The notes beneath the pieces are model-generated. The model did no database searches, was not told the origin of the DNA, and saw nothing but the letters and a program-made list of their open reading frames with translations. The position numbers and the translations under genes are program-made. Shown piece by piece: positions 23,707-33,661 of a stretch of 49,880 nucleotides of DNA. Numbering within the stretch: the stretch's first letter is position 1; each line of letters opens with the position of its first letter. Origin of the DNA: Fistulifera solaris (Eukaryota); NCBI GenBank assembly GCA_030295235.1, contig AP026156.1, positions 248,001 through 297,880 of the forward strand, given 5' to 3'.

Positions 23707-25038
23707 ATGGGAAAGCAGCAAGGATAACCACAACGCCAAGGTCACCACAAACGAAGGATCTTTCGTTGCGTGCCGTCGGCATAATACTTTGGAATAGAGA
23801 AAACGAGGTGCAGAAACGCAGCCGCGCGGCTGATGACGTGGGTGCGATTTGGCGTGCTCATCTAGAGAAGTGTTTTTGCTTGTAGAGTCAGTACCGGTAC
23901 GGCATCATTTCACTTGATAATACGACGAACAGCAAAAGCGCGCTTTTGGCGACAAATAATAATATTGCAAAAGAAGATACATTCAACGAAATGAGAGAAT
24001 GATTCAGCAAATGACTGTTTCGATTCGCAGCGTCGGGAGAGATTGAAACAGCCGCAGTGTGAGTTGCGCGACGGTAACTCGAACGCTTCCTTTTGTAGAA
24101 ACGATCTCTCGTCATCATCGCCCCGAGCTTTTATTGCTTGCGAAGCTTTCCAAAAAGTATAGTTTCCCGAATTGCTAACACGATAAGATCTCTCATATGA
24201 TAGAAAGGATTGATATCGAGGCCTCAGGGCGACTCGTCCTTGTTCCAAGATGCGAAGATACAAGAATCGACCTAACAGCATCTGTGTGATAGCCGGTTGT
24301 GAGAGTTAAGATCAAGAAGAGATCGATTACTGTATGCACACACAACCGATTATTCTCAAATACACCTACAAATTTCTTCGAATTCTTTTCTATTTCGCGA
24401 GGGTAGCTGACGGTTGAGCACCCCTTTCGTAACTGATCGGAGCTTGGAGAAGTAGCTTAACAGACTATTCAAAATATATATGGCTGCGAAAAGGATATTG
24501 AAAACGCCACAGTCTTGAAAAGTAGGTAACGCTGGAACGCGGAGTTGCGCGGAGAGAAGGTTCAGTGCATGTCAGGGGGGTTTTAAGGAGACAAAGACAA
24601 GCATGGCTCCAGCGAGCCCCGTCGTTCCTATAGACGGCAATTGACCCACCGAGCGTGCATCAAAACAATGGATCACTGCTGAAATGCAGCGAGCAATTAA
24701 TCGAACAAGGTTCTGACAGCCTTGAAAGGACTAGTCGGCGAGAGAATGACGGATTACCTTGGAATTGTGCACGTGCATCGTTGTATTCTTTTCTCACGAC
24801 AAACTAAAAATGCAGTCACTGACATTATCGATCGCTCAGTTTGCGAGAAAGCAACGAGACATTTATATACTGGTACGGAGTTTCCTATGCTTTGTTTCAG
24901 AAGTAAGTATATGAACTTCTCATAAAGTACTTTACCAATAAGCCAACATATTTAAGAGTCGACTTTTTAGTTCATTCTCGAAAGACATCAGTCAATCGCC
25001 CTGTAAAATATACCTTCCTACTGGTCATCAAATCATTC

Positions 25039-25865
25039 CTAATCTTCCATGTCCTCATCATCTGAACCATCGTTTCTTGTATACATAGTACACATGCCCC
25101 GCAAAACATCATCCAGCTCGATCAGATCATTCAGGTCGACACTGTTCTTCGTTTTCTTCGCCGCTTCCATGACTTCCTGATGTAGCTGGAATCCAATCAC
25201 ATAGTTTCGCGTGTCGACAAACGATTCTTGCTTGAAGCGATCGCACAAGCACGACTCCGCTACAATCATGATGATCTTACTCGCGTGATTGCTCTTCAAG
25301 TCCATCATATTTTTATGTATTTGGTTGGGATATCCCAAATTGTCAGTGGCAGAAATCACGTTTGTTTTTTCCATGAGCTCTCGAATGGCTTGGACGTGGT
25401 AGAGTTCCGTCACCATATCCGGGTCATCGCAAAGTAATGGAAGGGTGGGTCGGCGGGCACTTTGCATAGTTCGAGCTCCACCCCGCAAACGTAGCAGCAG
25501 ATGCACAATAGCTTCTTCTTCAACTCCATAGTAGCGCTTGTGCGTGAGTCCTCCATCTGTCTTGACGCGTAAATCAATCGTTGTTGATCGACAGGATAGT
25601 TTGTCAGTTGTTCTACCAACAACTTTGTATGGTGCACGGTATCCGTCGGCTCAACGTCCAAAGGCGTGGACCGGCCCGAAACCTGATGATGATCTGATGA
25701 AAAACAAAGGGTAAATATTTGGAATTCAGTGCTTCGAAAACATAAAGGAATTTACACCTGAAAAAGCTTCCCTTGAAAGTCAAACGAAGACACAGCAACA
25801 ACAAAAGCAACAATCAGCAAGAAATAGAGCGATTATCTAGCCTCTTTCATGTCACTTACCTGCAT
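25039..25865 (-). CDS. Ub-NiSOD-derived gene, copy C: ubiquitin-like (LRLRGG), ARTMQSARR, NiSOD-like domain; frameshifts in the UBL
   Basis: Exon 1 is ATG CAG|GTAAGT (25860-25865) and the acceptor is near 25693. It reads VEPTDTV...PVDQQRLIYASRQMEDSRT...HLLLRLRGG, then ARTMQSARRPTLPLLCDDPDMVTEL...[20 protein letters not shown]...HQEVMEAAKKTKNSVD. The two indels (near 25680 and 25537) could be real or sequencing errors. Confidence 0.7.
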
Positions 25866-26169
25866 GTTTGTGAGCTAGAGCGAGCAGAAAAGAAAGTAAA
25901 GAACGAAAAAAACGTAATGCAATAGAGGAATTGCATAAATATCAGGATGTTTGTCTCTTTCGTTTTCTTCGTTTCATACCTGGTAGTGAGAGATCTTTTT
26001 TCGTGTGAAGTTTTTTTGTGATCTGATTGGACGATGATATCTTTGAGTCGCGAGTGTCTTTGGTCACGGGTGTTTATTTTTTTTATAGGAGTGTCGGAGA
26101 TAAGAAATGCAACTACCTGGTACCATACCGGGGCCTTTCGAATACTGTAAATTAAAAGAGCACAATTGT

Positions 26170-26984
26170 CTAAAAATGTGACCACAAACTCGTATGCCTT
26201 GACGGCAAATTCTCAAAGAAGTGGCCTCGGGGAATCCACTTGATATACAAGACGCACATAGTTCGCAAAGCGCGTTTCAGCTTATCCGCATCCGCTACGT
26301 CTACGCTATTTTTTGTAATCATAGCCGCCTGTATCACTCTGTGATGCGCCTTGCATGTGTTTACATAATAAGGCATTTCTTCTTTGACTCGCTGTCCCAA
26401 GCACGTTTCCGCAACAATTGAGATGATCTTGCTGGCGTGATTGCTCTTCAAGTCCGATACATTGTGATGAATTCGATTAATGTATCCCGGTCTTTCCGAA
26501 GCTAGTCCTTGTACATCGCTTTCCCTTTCCATGAGTTCCCGAATGGCTTCGGCGTGGGCGTAAAGTTCCGCCACCATTTCGGGATCATCGCAAATACCAC
26601 GTGGAAGGACGAGGTCACGAGGCGTACGAGCGCCACCACGCACACGCAGCACCAGATGCAGAAACATGTCTGCTTGCACGTCATAGTAACCCAGCGTACG
26701 TCCGTTCTCCATGTGCCTTCCCGCAAAAATCAATTGTTGCTGTTCTGGAGGAATGCCTTCCCTTTGTCGAATCATTTCCTTGGCCACTCCGACAGAAAAC
26801 GTCGGGTCGATATTCAAAGGAATGACCTTACCCGTCAAAAGCCGAACGAAGATCTGATGATGATGACAAAAAGTTTGAGACTAGCTACATTACGTCGCCG
26901 GAACGAACGTTGAAAGACCACAAAGGTACAACAGCAACGAAAGCGCAGCGAGTATATCCTTTTCAGCTTGCGTACCTCGATCAT
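26170..26984 (-). CDS. Ub-NiSOD-derived gene, copy D (intact): ubiquitin-like (LRVRGG), ART, NiSOD-like domain
   Basis: Exon 1 is 26976-26984 (MIE|GTACGC) and exon 2 is 26170-26853. It reads [13 protein letters not shown]...[23 protein letters not shown]...[32 protein letters not shown]...[19 protein letters not shown]...[18 protein letters not shown]. Confidence 0.85.
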
Positions 26985-27342
26985 TTTTTAGCAATCAGTC
27001 GTTAAGAAAAGCTGATCAGAAGAAAGAATGAGAATAAAAGAATGGATGGGACAAATCTTAGTGAGTTTTTTGAGCAAACAACTTCTCCTGTTGTAGTGGC
27101 GTCGTCCCTGCTGTTCTTTTCTTTTTGTGTGCGATCTTTTCGTTTTTATTTTTTGTTGTTGTTTTTTCGTTATTCCAAATTTCCCTAGGGTCAGAGTGCA
27201 ATTTTGACATTCGACTGAAGTTTCCATTTTTATATATCATTTTTCAGTAACTCCAATTTCTGAATCATTCAAACTTTAGGAAATTAGGAATAAATACTTA
27301 GAATTACTTTGTTTTACAAAAAAAATCACTGGACCACAATTA

Positions 27343-29213
27343 TTTTTTTTTTAACGATGATAAACGTACTTCACTAGAATTATTGAATTTTTGACTGAAT
27401 TTTCCACTGTTTTGTCGCAAATCTCTTCTTTTTTCCCTTTCATTCAGAAACTTCGATTTCTGAGTCACTGTACCATAGTTAGTAGTAAAGCGACAAACCT
27501 GCGCCGGTTTCCCAGTGCGGAGGGTTGCGCTGTGGCGCGCCATCTCTCGGATTTCGCAATAGCATGCTCACCGATCAAACCAGCGAGAGACTCAAACGAG
27601 ATCGGATAAAGCCACCAATTTCTGAGTACGGTCTCTTCCATTTCTTTTGCAGCTTTCTTGCAAGTTGGCGTGAGGCAGCTACGGCTTGTTTACCCATAAG
27701 CCCGTCGACAGAAAAAAACAAGCGGCGTGAAATCACGGCGACGGTCCATACAGGGCTGTCCGTAGAGTCTTCGTTTCTCGAGTTCTTGGGAAGCAAGAAC
27801 ATTCATTGGGTCACGATTCTTGTGTGAAGGGGCGTCAGTGTCGGTAACGCGGACGTCAAAGATGGTTGTTTTCCGATCGCTCCAGAAACCGTAAATAGAA
27901 ATGTCGCCTCGAAGTTCTTGTTCCTTTTGTGCGTTCCGATTGTCAGTGCTGTAAGTGTGGATTGTCGGTTCATTGCGTACTGCTTTTGGGCCATACGCCT
28001 GCGCACAAAGAGACATAAATTCGTTTTTGACATCGTCATGTCGAAGGATGACAAGTCCGCCGTGTTTGCATGTTTGAGCGTGTTCTACCGAAAAGGTTTG
28101 TTGCATCCATCACACTTCTGGGGAAGTGCTTGGATAGGTAGACCTGTGCGAATGCGAAGACTGTCTCGGAACTCGTCTTTAGACAAATCAGTGTCTGTGA
28201 GAGTTTTCGGTCTGACGGAAAGCCAAATTCATGTCGATTTTGCTTGCAAGAGTCGTCGCTTTTCTTGTTTGCCTTTTTCGTCTTCCCTTTTGCGGCGCAA
28301 ATAACTTTCAAAATTTGGAGTTCACTAGCGTGGCGACTTGCGGAAGCTGCAGCTCTTTCGGTTTTTGCCCGTTCTTGATGTTGTCGAACGTTTAAGTTGA
28401 GGTTCTCGAGCAAACTGCCTGAAATGAGCTTTGTTACTTTCTCCGATGTTGAAAAATTATGGCAGCATGTCTCCATTGGGTTCCAGATTCCGATACCAGC
28501 GGCTTTGGTTCCTAAAGCCAGAATTTTGCGCAATTCACCGGTGACAGGCTCTTTTTGTCCAAGGAGCGCGGGGAGAAAATTGTTTTGAATTGCGGATTCT
28601 AGGGGCTCAAATAGCGGTGCAATGCGTGGGATGACTCGCTGGATATACTGCCATTCCATTTGTAGAGAGTGACGAAAGCCGGAATAGGGCGGACTGGGGA
28701 TATTTCTTGGCGACTTCAGCGAGCAGGTTGACTGTACGTGTCCAATTTTCGATTTTTTTCTTTGACGTATTCATCTCTTGCAGCTGCCGAGCCAATAAAA
28801 CCACCAAGATATCTGTGTCCGCAAACATATTTGAATTCATATTTGGACAGAATTTTGCTGCACTTTTCTTCATCGCTCTGTCGACAGACGGCGACACTTT
28901 GCTTGGTTCTGGAAAGTAGCCTCGGGCGGGTCCATACCTCATTAGGATTTCCATTGCTTTAGAAATGTCAGAGGATTTTCCAGCCAGAGCGACATCATCT
29001 GCATAGAAGGGCTGGACTATGTTTTTGACGTTCTCTCGGATTTTCTCTGCAATAGGGGTTAGAGTTAAACCGTAAAGAATCATGCTTAGAGGATCGCCTT
29101 GAGCTACTCCTTCCCTGCTTAGGATCTCTTCACAGAAGTCAAAATCTCTGCGTACAAATAGAGTAGATGCATGTCTGTAGCAATTGAAAGCGAACCTTGC
29201 TCCAGCGGGCAAT
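27343..29213 (-). mobile_element. 5'-truncated, inactivated non-LTR retrotransposon (CRE-like, RT plus restriction-like endonuclease)
   Basis: RT motifs GVAQGDPLSMILY, FYADD and GPARGYFP. The zinc knuckle and RLE region reads HAQTCKHGGLVILRHDDV, RGDISIYGFW...FDVRVTD, EKRRLY...FTPLVFSVDG. It has many frameshifts and an in-frame TGA at 27575. The ORF ends at 27479 and an A-rich tail lies at 27343-27352. The element may extend further left, to about 27170. Confidence 0.85.
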
Positions 29214-29484
29214 TGTTCTTTCGGTCGATGATTATTTTTTGCATCAAACATCAAACGTCCGCATCGAGAAAAAAAACTACTGTACTACGGAGTAGTACCT
29301 TACTTCGTACGTAAAATCTTTGAGTCTCGCTTTGTGCGTAATTCACGGGTGTGTCATCGCTGCGCGCGCACGTCGACGTCATTCTCGTTACTAAGTGTCA
29401 ATCACGATGATTCGTCACTCTACGGATAGAATGATTATTTGTCTATTAAACCTAACTTCCTCACCACGCGACAAAATGTACATC

Positions 29485-30306
29485 TCAACATCTTTCATTC
29501 TCCGTGTCTTGATTAATATTTTGCAAAGAACGTTCTAAATCACTCACAAGTCTCATGTCGACACTGTTCTTCGTTTTCATTGCCGCCTGTAGGACTTTAT
29601 GATACGCCTTGAATGTATGCACGTATTGTCTTTCCTTCTCATACCTTTCTTGCTCAATACGCTGACCGAAGCACGATCTCACAACGATCTCGATGACTCT
29701 ACCGGCGTGCTCGTTCTTCAAGCCCATCACCCAATGATGAATTTTATGTAAAGAATGATAACAGTCGCCAGTGAGGGATACCTGCAGCACGCGCAATAAT
29801 TCGTCTAGGTCTCGAGTAGATTTGACGTGCATTTTGAGATCGACCATCGCCACAGGATCCAGTTGCATTTCGGGGGGAACGAAAAGAGGTTCTACTAGCA
29901 TAAGATGGGGCGGACCTCTTCCCCTAAGTCCACCACGCAAACGTAACACCAACCACAATTTACTTTCCGCTTCAACGAGGTATTCCTGTAAAGTGCGTTC
30001 TTCGTGAATCATCTCCTTTCCAGCATAGATCAATCGTTGTTGAGAAGGTGGGATGCCTTCTTTTCTTGGATAACTAACTTGACCACTTTTACTGTAAACA
30101 ACGGATCGACCGTCAACGGAATTATTTTAAGTGTCGGAGTCTTGATGGATATCTGATAAGATTGAAAGAGAGTGAGACTAATCTATTTTATAATAAAAAG
30201 AATAAGATGATTTGAAAGGCCTCATCAAACGAAAGAACAAAAAAAAAAAAAAAAACAAAGAAAACGAAGCGAAAGAAGAATTATCTTCCGTCATGCTTAC
30301 TTCCAT
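29485..30306 (-). CDS. Ub-NiSOD-derived gene, copy E: ubiquitin-like (LRLRGG) plus NiSOD-like domain; one A missing near 30062
   Basis: Exon 1 is ATG GAA|GTAAGC (30301-30306) and exon 2 starts at 30152. It reads [17 protein letters not shown]...[14 protein letters not shown]...[15 protein letters not shown]...DPVAMVDLK...[17 protein letters not shown]...CFGQRI...[18 protein letters not shown]. Confidence 0.8.
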
Positions 30307-30834
30307 TCTTTGAAGCAGTTCATCAATCTAAAAGGACTAAAAGGATACAGAATGAGGTTAGGGAACGCTGTAACAAGGCGGTTCAATGAACTGCCAGTAA
30401 AACTTAGAAACCATTTCTGTTGCGTTGCTTTTCCGCTTGCCTTTTTTTCTTTGGCGGCGGTCGTTTACGAGATCTTTTATTTTGCGTCGTGCGCACCGCG
30501 TAAAATCTTTTGAGTCGCGTCGAGTGAGTCGAGTCTTGCTATGTATTTTTTATTCACGGATGAGTATTTATTTGGACACTATAATACTTTTGCGACGTCG
30601 ATCGTGATGCAACACTTCTTATGCGATGAGCGATGAGAGAGGCGCAATAGTGATGATGAGGCGCCGAAGTTGCAACAACTGACTCGTGCGAAAGGCGATC
30701 ATGTCTTCTTCGCGCAGTTGTTAGCTCAACGAACACCGTCAACGTTGGCGTAGCAGGATGCCAAGCGAATTCCACGTTGAATTATTACTAGCCAGTATAA
30801 TTTTCAAATTGAATAAGTTGATGGTTGCCAACGT

Positions 30835-30962
30835 TATAGGAGTTTATGATACGCGTTGAATGCATACCGTCGTTCCTTCCCATACCTGTCTTCCTGGACA
30901 CGCTAACCGACGTACGATTTCACAACAGTCTGGATGACTACACCGACGTGCTTTTCCTTCGA
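30835..30962 (-). pseudogene. Decayed NiSOD-like domain downstream of the copy F stop codon
   Basis: It reads KEKHVGVVIQTVVKSYVG*RVQEDRYGKERRYAFNAYHKLL*, colinear with copy [42 protein letters not shown]. Two Gln codons have become stops. Confidence 0.75.
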
Positions 30963-31089
30963 TAACATATTTTTAAAAGTATTCAAAGGAAAGAACAAGG
31001 TACAAATGCAAACTCATTATCATGTTATCAAGATAATAGTATGGCTGTACTTTTTGTAACGCTCCACAGACATCTAATACTCGTCGAGG

Positions 31090-31507
31090 TCATCGGCCGC
31101 CATATCCGATTCCGCGAATCCTTTTTAGGGCCGTTTGCTTCGTTCGAAGTCCACCCTGGAGACGCAGCACCAAGTGAACCGTATCTTCTTCTTCCATTCC
31201 GTATATACCCAACGGAAGTTTATCGTCCAATTGCTTCCCCTTGTAGATCAATAGCTGTTGATCGAGAGGATGTCCCTGCTCATCTTGCATCAACATCTTG
31301 GCGCGAAGCACCGTATCCTCCGGGTCCACGGTCAAGGGAATGTCTCTACCATGGTGTGTCTTGACGAAAATCTGTTTATGAATTAGAAGTAAGATTAAAA
31401 AACGAGAAAAGCCCGAGAACAAGCGAAATGGCGCCTCAAAGCCCCGAATAAAGAACAAATACAAAACGAGTCGAATCATCATCATCTTCCGGTTTGCTTA
31501 CCTTCAT
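31090..31507 (-). CDS. Ub-NiSOD-derived gene, copy F: ubiquitin-like (LRLQGG) plus a 19-aa H3-tail-like peptide
   Basis: Exon 1 is ATG AAG|GTAAGC (31502-31507) and exon 2 is 31090-31371. It reads IFVKTHHGRDIPLTVDPEDTV...HPLDQQLLIYKGKQLDD...HLVLRLQGG-LRTKQTALKRIRGIGYGGR*. Confidence 0.8.
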
Positions 31508-32940
31508 CTTTGTAAGTCAGTCGAAATGAATAAAAAGAAAGGGAGGTTGCAATAGTATTTGCAAGTATGGAGATGATAGTCGAAAGTAAAAACCGCGTCG
31601 CGATCTTTTTGTGAGAAGATCATTATTTGGTTGTGATGGTGATGATGTGTGTGCTTGACCCAGTTGACACTTTCGCGCCATCGCGCGCGCCTAAAGGCGC
31701 GCGGATAACGATCCACGATCCAGTCACGAGACGAACAATTCGACGACGACGAGAGACGAGACGATCGCGGCGTCGTCGAATCGACGCAACAAATTATTTT
31801 CACACAGCGTGACGATGAAAGATGACGATGATAGAGAGGCGCAAACAAGTTGTTGATGAGGTGGCAACGGCGGTACACGAATGTGGGCCTTTGAGTAAGC
31901 TTGACACGCGGCTTTACAGAATGAGGAACGAAGAAACTTGCGAGCTGAGTCGAAAGAACGGCGACTTCCGCTGTTGCTTGCTATGTTAGTCCTCGTTGTG
32001 ATCGAGACAAGCCGCCAAAGACCTGTAATTGCGTCAATTGTAAGAACTGCAAGAGCAGTATCATGCGGCAAAAAAAGGTGTTCATGCCTTTCGTGCAGCT
32101 GTTCTTGTTGTTGTTCGATGCCGTACAAACACCAACAGCGACGGGGTAAATGCATCTTGTTGAAAATACCGAAATGACAGCAACCGTGATCAATCCAGCA
32201 AAGCTTCAACAAAATTGTCAATGACGGAACGATTTACTCAGTTTACATCTTCAACACCTTGCAAAGAGTATCGATGTTTCAGTTGTGACGATGACGGAAA
32301 AGTCATTACGTTTCCATGATACCTTTGTCCTTGTTTGAACGGCAAACTTGCTTGATGGCACCGAATTAAACGGCTGTTAAAGCGTCATTAGGCTTAATTT
32401 TGGTCTTGCTTGGAGTAAATGACGACTGTGAATTCAGCACGGAAGAACTTAAAGCGAATTTCACTCATAAAGTGCCTCAATTTGGGAGCCAACAATACGC
32501 TTTTTACGGATTCTGAATTTGTGCTTTCACGAACGACAACCCACCGATGCTTCTTCTGCGTACGAGTAGGGTAGCGTTCAAAAAATGTTGACGTGGATCT
32601 TTCAAGCGCAGAAATTTACGCACACGAACGGGCCTTATTGATACAAACAGCGAACGAAAAAATGAAGATCAAAGAGCAAGAGGATTGTGTACTTTTCGTC
32701 GCAACAAAGCACGTAAAACTTCACGGAACGCGATTCAATCTACGTGGTAGAGGCTTGGCCGACAATCATGATTCCTCACTGACTTATTAAGAATCGATGG
32801 CACAGATAAATCTACTCACCACAGTATGCAGCGCGGTATGAACGATAAGAATGCAGAAATGGTGTTGAGTTGGGAAAGAGGGTGAAATCACTACAAAGTT
32901 GTTTTAGCCGGGCAAAGGTTGTCATCTTGTCGCTGGTCGT

Positions 32941-33345
32941 TTATCGTGTCACACAACAAAGATCCATGCTCTTGTAAACAACCCGCTTTCTCTTACGCAA
33001 CTTGAGAAGAAGAATACTTCCATTTGGAACGTGATAATCGCCCACGGTGCGATGTTTCTCCATCTCTCTCCCCTCATACGTGAGACGCTGTCGCTCGGGG
33101 GGAATGCCAACATCATCTTGGATCGCCTTCATGATCTTCAGCACTGGAGTCGTCGGTTCGACTAGAAAGGGAATAAAACGTCCGCAGGGATGTTGGACGG
33201 CGACCTGTGTATATACGCAAGGAATCAGAGAAGTATGATACGCAATTGCACGCCTGCGATCCGCGCATCAGTCCAATTTCTTACACCACGGCATCGCCGA
33301 TAGCAACGAGAAGACGCAAAAGTTTATACTTACACGCAGTTTCAT
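32941..33345 (-). CDS. Ubiquitin-like gene, copy G: single UBL with a polybasic and Cys-Cys tail, no di-Gly
   Basis: Exon 1 is 33334-33345 (MKLR|GTAAGT) and exon 2 is 32941-33204. It reads VAVQHPCGRFIPFLVEP...GIPPERQRLTYEGREMEKHRTVGDYHV...LKLRKRKRVVYKSMDLCCVTR*. Confidence 0.8.
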
Positions 33346-33661
33346 GATACTGTATTGAAACGAATTGAAACGAGGTTTATGTTTATCGATTTTCTCGATT
33401 GAGTGTTTTGTGAAGGAAAGGAGAAAAAATCGTGTCCACGCTCCGTGTTTCGTGAAACCTTCTTGTCCCGGCTGTAAAATCGCACAATATAAATATTGCA
33501 ACACGATGCTAACGTTCACCGTGTGTGTTCAATTATCTACGATGGCCAAATGTCAGCGGACAAAACGGAGTCAGAAGCAATCAATCGTTTACGAATTTTT
33601 CACTTGAAATTAAACTAAAGCATCCTGGAAATATTGTATTAGCTCTAGGTTGTTTTAAGCG

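Noticed and set aside
27112..29221. TGTTCTTT at 27112 and 29214 as the retroelement target-site duplication
   Set aside because: It would place the family promoter motif at 27133 inside the element, and a short T-rich match is likely to be chance.
29905..29930. LRGRG after the di-Gly in copy E as an H4/H2A (SGRGK) mimic
   Set aside because: Only three residues match and they are out of register, which is too weak to claim.
25039..30306. Reading the UBL plus helical domain as a BAG1-like protein or a ubiquitin-ribosomal protein fusion
   Set aside because: There is no L40 or S27a zinc-finger pattern and no BAG signature. The conserved residues fit NiSOD much better.
31724..32420. 165-aa minus-strand ORF between copies F and G
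   Set aside because: It has no recognisable motif or similarity to its neighbours. It may be non-coding or a relic.
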